From Clostridiales bacterium (GTDB lineage: Bacteria; Bacillota; Clostridia; Christensenellales; UBA1242): a stretch of DNA of 64,000 nucleotides. Below are positions 57,682 through 64,000 of the stretch, piece after piece; positions within the stretch are counted from its first letter, which is position 1, and every line of letters starts with the position of its first letter. Below the pieces are notes generated by a model, which was given only the letters and a program-made list of their open reading frames with translations, ran no database searches and had not been told where the DNA came from. Where the stretch lies: the NCBI GenBank assembly GCA_003522085.1, contig DPGI01000005.1, forward strand, positions 63,044 to 127,043, written 5' to 3'. The translations under genes and the position numbers were made by a program.

Positions 57682-58796
57682 TTTATCTTGACAACGCTGC
57701 TACAACACAAATGAGCAAAAAGGCACTTGAGGTGTATAGTGAATATGCAACCTCAAGGTTTTTTAATCCATCTGCAACCTATATAAGCGCGGTTGAAATG
57801 TCGCAAAAGCTTGACGAAGCGCGCGAAAAACTTAAAAAGATGCTCGGCGCAAAAAAAGGTGATATAATCTTTACAAGCGGAGCAACTGAAAGCAACAATC
57901 TCGCTGTTCGCGGAAGCCTTCGCGAAGGAAAGTGGGATTATGTATTTTCGCAAGGCGAACATGCCTCAATTCATAATTTAGCAATCGAGCTTGAACGCGA
58001 AGGGAAGTGTGTTTCTACTATTCGCCTTACAAAAACAGGCGAAATTGACTATGAAAACTTAGAGCATGTGCTTACTCCAAAAACGCGACTTGTAAGTTGC
58101 ATGCTTGTAAACAACGTTACTGGCGTTGTAAATGACATTGCAAAATTGTCAAAGATTGTCCGCAAACACAGCCCAAACGCAGTCATTCATGTCGACGGCG
58201 TGCAAGCCTTCCGCAAAATTGATTTTTCGGTTGACAAGTTGGGCATCGATTTGCTTTCAATCAGTGCGCACAAATTTCATGGGCCTAAAGGGGTGGGCGC
58301 GCTTTATGTTCGCAACAAGGCATCGCTGAAAAACTTGGTTTATGGCGGGGGACAAGAATACGGCATTCGTTCAGGCACTGAAAATGTCGCCGGAATTATG
58401 GCAATGGTCGCAGCGGCTGAAGAAATAAATGTTAAAGAATATTATAAAAAAGTGACCGAACTGAAAAAAGCGTTTTTGCAGCAGTTTGAAGGTTGCGACA
58501 AAGTTACAATCGTGGGCGAAAACACAAGCCCTTATATTTGTTTGATGCTGTTTAAGGGTGTCAATGGCGAAACACTGGTGCGCGCGCTTGAAAATCAAGT
58601 CATCGTTGGTCGCGGCAGCGCTTGCTCTTCCAAAAAATCGGGAAACCACGTGCTGGAAGCGATGGGGCAAAGTTTGCAGGCGATTAAAGGTGCGGTCAGA
58701 GTGAGCTTTGACGCGTCACTTTCAGAAAAAGACGTAACCACTGCGGCAAACATAATCAAACAAACTTATCTTGACTTATGGGAGAAACTAAAGTGA
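57678..58796 (+). CDS. cysteine desulfurase (class V aminotransferase, NifS/IscS-like)
   Basis: IYLDNAATT start, SAHKFHGPKG PLP-lysine motif, and GSACSS active-site Cys loop. It is adjacent to thiI. Confidence 0.85.
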   Translation: MIYLDNAATTQMSKKALEVYSEYATSRFFNPSATYISAVEMSQKLDEAREKLKKMLGAKKGDIIFTSGATESNNLAVRGSLREGKWDYVFSQGEHASIHNLAIELEREGKCVSTIRLTKTGEIDYENLEHVLTPKTRLVSCMLVNNVTGVVNDIAKLSKIVRKHSPNAVIHVDGVQAFRKIDFSVDKLGIDLLSISAHKFHGPKGVGALYVRNKASLKNLVYGGGQEYGIRSGTENVAGIMAMVAAAEEINVKEYYKKVTELKKAFLQQFEGCDKVTIVGENTSPYICLMLFKGVNGETLVRALENQVIVGRGSACSSKKSGNHVLEAMGQSLQAIKGAVRVSFDASLSEKDVTTAANIIKQTYLDLWEKLK

Positions 58797-59950
58797 AAAT
58801 AATATTATTAAGAGTGGGCGAGCTTTTCTTGAAAGGCGAAAATCGTTACATTTTTGAAAGCACGCTTATGCGCAACATCCGTGTAAAACTCGACGGGCTT
58901 AAATTTAAACTCGAACGCACTCAAGGCCGTTTGATTGTGTCAAACTTTGAAGATGAAGACGAAATTGTTGAAAGACTCAGCAAAGTCTTTGGTCTTTCGT
59001 CACTCAGTGTGGCTGATGAAGTCGAAGCAAGCCAAATCGCTATTGAAAACTATTTTTCGAAAATTCTTGACGTTGACGGAACATTTAAAGTTGACGTAAA
59101 TCGCGGCGATAAGCGTTTTCCTTTGACATCAATGCAGCTTGAAGCGCAACTTGGCGGCATAATTTTAGACAACAATCCAAATGCGATGGTCGACCTTTAC
59201 AATCCTGGCTATATTATAAAGGTTGACATTCGCCAAAACGGCAAGGCATATATTTTTGATAAAGTTATAAAAGGTCAGGGCGGGCTTCCACTTGGAACGT
59301 CTGGCAGAGCGCTCTTGCTTCTTTCTGGCGGCATCGACAGTCCGGTTGCGGGTTATCTTATGGCAAAACGCGGATTGAAACTTGAAGCGTTGCACTTCCA
59401 CAGTTATCCTTACACTTCGCCAGAAGCAAAACAAAAGGTTGTGACTCTTGCTAAAAAACTTACAGCATACACAGACGAAATAAAACTGCACTGCATTTCG
59501 TTTACAAAAGTGCAAGAAGCAATCCACGCAAACTGCTCTCCTGAATTTATGATTACAATAATGCGCAGAATTATGATGCGCATCGCCGAAATTATTTCAA
59601 AACGCGACGAACTTGGTGCAATAGTCACTGGCGAAAGTTTAGGGCAGGTGGCAAGTCAAACAATGCAAAGCATGACAGTGACAGAAGGTGTTGTGAAATC
59701 GCTGCCTATGTTTAGACCATGCCTTGCAATGGATAAGGAAGAGATAGTAAAAATTTCAAAAGAGATTGATTGCTTTGAAACATCAATTTTGCCATATGAA
59801 GATTGCTGCACAGTTTTCCTTCCAAAAAATCCTGTTATCAAACCAAAAATGAAACGTGTGCTTGATGAAGAGGCGCACCTTGACATTGACGGGTTGATTG
59901 AAGAGGCTCTTTCCAGTGAAGAGGTAATTGTCATCAAAAACGAACAATAA
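58778..59950 (+). CDS. thiI: tRNA 4-thiouridine(8) synthase ThiI
   Basis: THUMP region followed by PP-loop LLLSGGIDSPVAG. An alternative start is GTG 58793, 8 nt after gggag. Confidence 0.9.
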   Translation: MGETKVKIILLRVGELFLKGENRYIFESTLMRNIRVKLDGLKFKLERTQGRLIVSNFEDEDEIVERLSKVFGLSSLSVADEVEASQIAIENYFSKILDVDGTFKVDVNRGDKRFPLTSMQLEAQLGGIILDNNPNAMVDLYNPGYIIKVDIRQNGKAYIFDKVIKGQGGLPLGTSGRALLLLSGGIDSPVAGYLMAKRGLKLEALHFHSYPYTSPEAKQKVVTLAKKLTAYTDEIKLHCISFTKVQEAIHANCSPEFMITIMRRIMMRIAEIISKRDELGAIVTGESLGQVASQTMQSMTVTEGVVKSLPMFRPCLAMDKEEIVKISKEIDCFETSILPYEDCCTVFLPKNPVIKPKMKRVLDEEAHLDIDGLIEEALSSEEVIVIKNEQ

Positions 59951-60241
59951 AATAAATAATGAAAACATACAATAAACAACCATTAAATAATCATTAAATA
60001 AAGTCGGGCATGTCCCGTCTTTTTTATGTCAAATTTTAGTTCCTATTTTGTTTGTGGTGTTTTAAAATTTTCTGCCTCTCTTCAGATTTTCCTTCATTTT
60101 GTTAGGGCGGGGAAGAGCGAATGAGAAAATATATATTTTCATCAAAATGTATACTTGTTTATAAATATAAAAATGAAATTTATAAATTTGCATAAAGTCA
60201 AATTGTTATAAAAATTTATTGAATAAATATACAAAAATCAC

Positions 60242-60270
60242 TTGCATAAATATAAATTCTGTTGTATAAT
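60242..60270 (+). promoter_or_regulatory. promoter of argR-recN with overlapping AT-rich repeats
   Basis: TTGCAT (60242-60247), a 17-nt spacer, then TATAAT (60265-60270). Confidence 0.55.
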
Positions 60271-60362
60271 AATCAAAACTTGGCTTATAAATATAAATTT
60301 ATAAATATTCACAATCGCTATAGGCCTTTAAAATAAAGGAGAATAGCGAATTTGGAGGAAAG

Positions 60363-60815
60363 ATGGCAAGAAGCGCAAGACAGTCAAAAATCTTGGAACT
60401 CATCTCTACAAAAGAGATCGAAACCCAAGACGAACTTGCAAGAGAACTTCGAAATGCAAACTTCGAAATCACTCAAGCGACAATTTCAAGAGATATAAAA
60501 GAACTTGGTCTGACAAAAATTTTGACAAACTCAGGCAAGTATAAATACGCCATCGTTGGCTCAGATGAACAACAAATTTCAAACAAGTTTGTAAGCATCT
60601 TTCGTGAAGCCGTAATTTCTGCCAAAGCAGTGCTTAATATTGTTGTAGTAAAAACTTTAAAAGGTATGGGCGAAGGCGTTTGCAGTTTTATAGACAAACT
60701 CAACCTTACCGAACTTGTTGGCGCAGTCAATGGAGACGACACTGTTATGTTGATATTTCCAACAGCGGCATATGCTGCTGATGCAGTTTATTCAATTACT
60801 GATATGTTGGGATAA
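60363..60815 (+). CDS. argR: arginine repressor
   Basis: Winged-helix N-domain (RQSKILELI...TQDELARELRNANFEITQATISRDIKEL) and C-terminal oligomerisation domain (GDDTVMLI). Confidence 0.9.
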   Translation: MARSARQSKILELISTKEIETQDELARELRNANFEITQATISRDIKELGLTKILTNSGKYKYAIVGSDEQQISNKFVSIFREAVISAKAVLNIVVVKTLKGMGEGVCSFIDKLNLTELVGAVNGDDTVMLIFPTAAYAADAVYSITDMLG

Positions 60816-60824
60816 GGAGCGTGC

Positions 60825-62474
60825 ATGCTTAAAAGCTTGTCGATAAAAAATCTTGCCTTAATTGAAAAGCAAGAAATAGAATTTGATCAAGGGTTAAACA
60901 TAATCCTTGGCGAAACTGGTGCAGGAAAGAGTTTAATTTTCGATGCACTATTTTTTGTTTTATCATTAAAAACTGACAAAACCTTGCTTCGAACAGGCAG
61001 CGAACTTATGCGTGTCGATGCGCAATTTTATCCACTTTCACAATCTGTTAAAGAAATTCTTGCGTCGCTTGAAATCGAAGACGACGAACTCATCCTTTCA
61101 CGCTCGCTTCATGCTGACGGCCGCTCGTCAATCAAAATCAATGGTCTGCCATGCGCTCAGTCAACGGCAAAACGTTTGGCTGCCGAACTTGTTGACAGTT
61201 TTATGCAACATGAAGGCATGGAAATTTTAAAAAGCAAAAATCACCTTTCATACCTTGATAAGTTTTGCGAGTTTGGCGATTTAAAAAACAAATTGGCTGT
61301 CTTGCTCAGCGAGAAAAAAGACATTTGCTCTTCCATATCTTCGCTTGGCGGAAGCGATGAAGACAGACTTCGCAGAAAAGATATTTTGACTTATCAAATT
61401 GATGAAATCGAAAAAGCCGACGTTAAAATAGGCGAAGACGATGAAATTGAGGCGCGCATCAAATTGCTTGAAAGTTCTCAGCGCATAACCGAAAACCTTT
61501 CAGAAGTTGCTACACTTCTTGATGGAAATGGCGGCGCAATCCAAAACCTCGGAATGAGCGAACGACTTCTTTCAAAACTGTCCGATATCGACAATATTGC
61601 TGCACTTGCCGAACGCATTTCAAGCGCAGTAATCGAAGTTGATGACATAACAAGCGAAATAAAAGATGTCCTTTCAAATATTGGCTCTGATCCAAACGAA
61701 CTTGATCGCCTTGACAACCGTCGCGACAAGCTTAAAATGTTAAAACACAAATATGGCGGAACACTCGAAAACGTGCTTGAAAATCTTGAAATCTTCAAAA
61801 AAGAACTTGACGATCTCGACGCGGGCGCTGAAAAACTTGAAAGATTAAATGAACAACTTGCGCTTACAAACATTCAAATCTCTTCAATATGCGCGCAGAT
61901 TAAACATGCTCGTGAAAAAGGCGCGCTTAAAATCAAACAAGGCCTTGAAAAAGAACTTCACGATCTTGGCATGAAAGACGTCCGTTTTGAAGTTATGTTT
62001 AAAGAAAAAGCCGTATCTGTCGACGGAAACGACGATGTAAGTTTTGTCTTTTCGGCAAACAAAGGTCAAGAGCTTAAAGATCTTGCCAAAACTGCATCTG
62101 GCGGTGAAAGCAGTCGCATAATGCTTGCAATGAAAAATATGTTCGCTCGTGCAGACGAAAACAGAACGCTTCTTTTCGACGAAATCGACTCAGGAATAAG
62201 CGGCGAAGTCGGAAATATGATGGCGCTCAAACTCAAAAGCATTTCAACTCGCGACCAAGTTATTGCAATCACACACTTACCACAAGTTGCTGCTTCTGGA
62301 GATCATTTTTATAAAGTTGAAAAACATTCCGATTCTTCTTCAACTTACAGTGAAATTCGCCAAGTCGAAGGCACTGAAATTATTTCAGAAATTGCACATA
62401 TTATTGGCGGAAACAATCTGACAGACGCAATGCTAAAAAATGCTGAAGAACTCTATCAAAGAGGCAGAAAATAA
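60825..62474 (+). CDS. recN: DNA repair protein RecN
   Basis: SMC-like, with N-terminal Walker A GETGAGKS, a long coiled coil, and C-terminal signature ASGGESSRIMLA plus LLFDEIDSG. Confidence 0.95.
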   Translation: MLKSLSIKNLALIEKQEIEFDQGLNIILGETGAGKSLIFDALFFVLSLKTDKTLLRTGSELMRVDAQFYPLSQSVKEILASLEIEDDELILSRSLHADGRSSIKINGLPCAQSTAKRLAAELVDSFMQHEGMEILKSKNHLSYLDKFCEFGDLKNKLAVLLSEKKDICSSISSLGGSDEDRLRRKDILTYQIDEIEKADVKIGEDDEIEARIKLLESSQRITENLSEVATLLDGNGGAIQNLGMSERLLSKLSDIDNIAALAERISSAVIEVDDITSEIKDVLSNIGSDPNELDRLDNRRDKLKMLKHKYGGTLENVLENLEIFKKELDDLDAGAEKLERLNEQLALTNIQISSICAQIKHAREKGALKIKQGLEKELHDLGMKDVRFEVMFKEKAVSVDGNDDVSFVFSANKGQELKDLAKTASGGESSRIMLAMKNMFARADENRTLLFDEIDSGISGEVGNMMALKLKSISTRDQVIAITHLPQVAASGDHFYKVEKHSDSSSTYSEIRQVEGTEIISEIAHIIGGNNLTDAMLKNAEELYQRGRK

Positions 62475-62522
62475 TTGCGGTATTAAATTGATGAACCTTT
62501 CATAAAATCGCAAAAACTACAA

Positions 62523-62548
62523 AGACTACTTTTAAAGTGGTCTTTTTT
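62523..62548 (+). terminator. terminator after recN
   Basis: Stem agactact pairs with agtggtct (one G-U pair) around a 5-nt loop, followed by a T-run. Confidence 0.6.
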
Positions 62549-62549
62549 A

Positions 62550-63779
62550 TTGTCGGAGGGTGAAGTGAAGAAAAAGGGATTGTATTTAATCTGTCTGTGC
62601 GTGCTGATAGCGGTTTTGTTTATAACAAACATAGGCTTTAAAGAGATTTTTTCGTTGCCTGACGGATTTATGGCGACATATGAAGAAATTGCTTCATCAA
62701 ATCAAAATAAAAAATTCGGCTCGTTTGTCAGCGCTAAAATGGAACGAACCGACCAATCTGCGTCAAGCGATAAAGCCGGCGAGGGCGAAGTTGTCTTCAA
62801 ATTATTTGGCATAATACCGATTCGCAAAGTTCGCGTTATTTGTTCTAGCGAAAATGAAGTCTACATCGGCGGTGTTCCGATTGGAATCAGCATAAATTCG
62901 TCAGGTGCGATAGTTATAAATGAAAAGGTGGTTGAAACATCAGAAGGAACAAAAGAAACCGAAAAAAGCGAGAAATTTAAAGAGGGTGACCTTATTACGG
63001 CGATAAATGGCAAGCAAATAAGTTCGCTTAACCAACTTTCAGAGCAAATTGAAAATGGTGAAAGTGAAAACTTTGAAGTGACTTTCAAGCGCAAAAACAA
63101 GCTTCACACCGCACAAATTAAAGGTGTTATAGACAAAAACACAGGTAAATACAAGTTGGGGTTGTGGGTTCGGGACGATGTAAGCGGCATTGGAACGCTC
63201 ACATATGTCGATAAAAACACCAACTCATTTGCGGCGCTCGGTCACGCTGTAACTGATAATGAAAACAACGTCGAAGTCGGCTCTGGAAAAGTGTATGGAT
63301 GCAAGTTGATAGGCATTGACAAAGGTGAGAAAAATGATCCGGGACAACTGAAATGTATGTTTCTTCAAACTGACGAAGAAAAGGGAGACATTGTAAAAAA
63401 TACAAAATATGGAGTCTTTGGTCAACTTTCAAACACCGAAGGACTTGTAGATAAAAATCTATCAATGCGTCTTGGCGGCAGACTCTCGGTAAATCCGGGT
63501 AAAGCGCACATAATTTCAAGTGTCAGTGGAATAAGAGAAGAATATGAAATAGAAATTATAAAAGCGTCATATCAGTCAAAAGCGGACGATAAAAGCCTTG
63601 TGTTCAGGGTCAAAGATAAGCGACTTTTAGCTCTTACTGGTGGAATAGTGCAGGGAATGAGTGGCAGTCCAATCGTGCAAAATGGCAAACTTGTCGGCGC
63701 GGTGACGCACGTATTTATGTCTGACCCGACAAAAGGCTATGGTGTTTATAGCGATTGGATGGTTGAAAACGAATGTTAA
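62550..63779 (+). CDS. spoIVB: SpoIVB peptidase (stage IV sporulation signalling serine protease, S55)
   Basis: N-terminal TM, PDZ region (GDLITAINGKQI), and catalytic GMSGSPIVQNGKLVGAVTHVF. The likely real start is GTG 62565, 5 nt after GGAGGG. Confidence 0.9.
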   Translation: MSEGEVKKKGLYLICLCVLIAVLFITNIGFKEIFSLPDGFMATYEEIASSNQNKKFGSFVSAKMERTDQSASSDKAGEGEVVFKLFGIIPIRKVRVICSSENEVYIGGVPIGISINSSGAIVINEKVVETSEGTKETEKSEKFKEGDLITAINGKQISSLNQLSEQIENGESENFEVTFKRKNKLHTAQIKGVIDKNTGKYKLGLWVRDDVSGIGTLTYVDKNTNSFAALGHAVTDNENNVEVGSGKVYGCKLIGIDKGEKNDPGQLKCMFLQTDEEKGDIVKNTKYGVFGQLSNTEGLVDKNLSMRLGGRLSVNPGKAHIISSVSGIREEYEIEIIKASYQSKADDKSLVFRVKDKRLLALTGGIVQGMSGSPIVQNGKLVGAVTHVFMSDPTKGYGVYSDWMVENEC

Positions 63780-63887
63780 AAGGCATTTTGCAATCTATTA
63801 TGTTATATAAATATAACTATTTTTCTATTCAAAAATAGTTTGAATTTAATAAAGGATATGGTAAAATATTACTATAAGGGAAAACAA

Positions 63888-64000
63888 ATGAAAAAACAAC
63901 TAAACTTAGTTAAAGCCACACAAGCAAATACTACCAAAAGCACATTAAAAACCATATCAAAATGGATGTATACTTGGTGGGGAATTCGCCACAATTACAC
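63888..64000 (+). CDS. 5' fragment of an unidentified ORF (runs off the window)
   Basis: ATG after RBS-like aagggaaaa. It encodes MKKQLNLVKATQANTTKSTLKTISKWMYTWWGIRHNY. It is not Spo0A-like, and the local DNA is AT-rich. Confidence 0.3.
   Translation, partial: MKKQLNLVKATQANTTKSTLKTISKWMYTWWGIRHNY

Noticed and set aside
59951-60157. Long non-coding stretch after thiI, examined for a small RNA, small ORF or strong terminator
   Set aside because: It contains only a weak 4-bp hairpin plus T-run near 60004-60030 and tiny ORFs (<=11 codons) without RBSs. Nothing supports a feature call.

Overview
This 64-kb chromosomal window comes from a spore-forming Firmicute with moderate to low GC. The gene order is Clostridia-like: spoIIAA-spoIIAB-sigF, spoVAC-AD-AE, yunB, and argR-recN-spoIVB. 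Most of the window is housekeeping. It holds four aminoacyl-tRNA synthetase loci (a divergent metG-like gene, tyrS, valS, and T-box-controlled pheST), plus tex, a mini-mcsA/mcsB/clpC stress module, hpf, ung, eno, recX, acpS, dinB, cysteine desulfurase-thiI, and several ABC transporters. The main finding is an ~8-kb, visibly AT-rich island at about 6.6-14.66 kb, between metG and an intact tRNA-Leu(CAA) gene. A perfect 55-bp direct repeat of the tRNA 3' half brackets the island; the repeat extends to ~74 bp of near-identity if the adjoining terminator arm is counted. The island has no integrase. It carries a tightly packed, partly overlapping gene set: an Orn/DAP/Arg-type PLP decarboxylase, a CysK/SbnA-type PLP enzyme, two different ATP-grasp ligases, an arginase/agmatinase-family ureohydrolase, a KamA-type radical-SAM aminomutase, and an RsgA-like GTPase paralogue with its own consensus promoter. 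I interpret it as an uncharacterised ATP-grasp-dependent pathway that builds an amino-acid/polyamine pseudopeptide, or alternatively an amidoligase modification system, acquired horizontally at a tRNA hotspot. That interpretation is inference from domain content only. Secondary oddities are listed here:
- An orphan phage terminase large subunit with a late-regulator-like gene sits on the other side of the same tRNA.
- A start-codon-less mini-McsA zinc-ribbon ORF lies in frame with tex.
- A bactofilin-like beta-solenoid repeat protein is paired with a metal transporter.
- An N/G/Y-rich lipoprotein with four CP(D/N)GNC repeats is inserted between sigF and spoVAC.
- A BclA-type collagen-like protein is cut by the window edge.

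No CRISPR array, rRNA gene or transposase was seen. All family assignments rest on motifs read by eye; no database search was possible.
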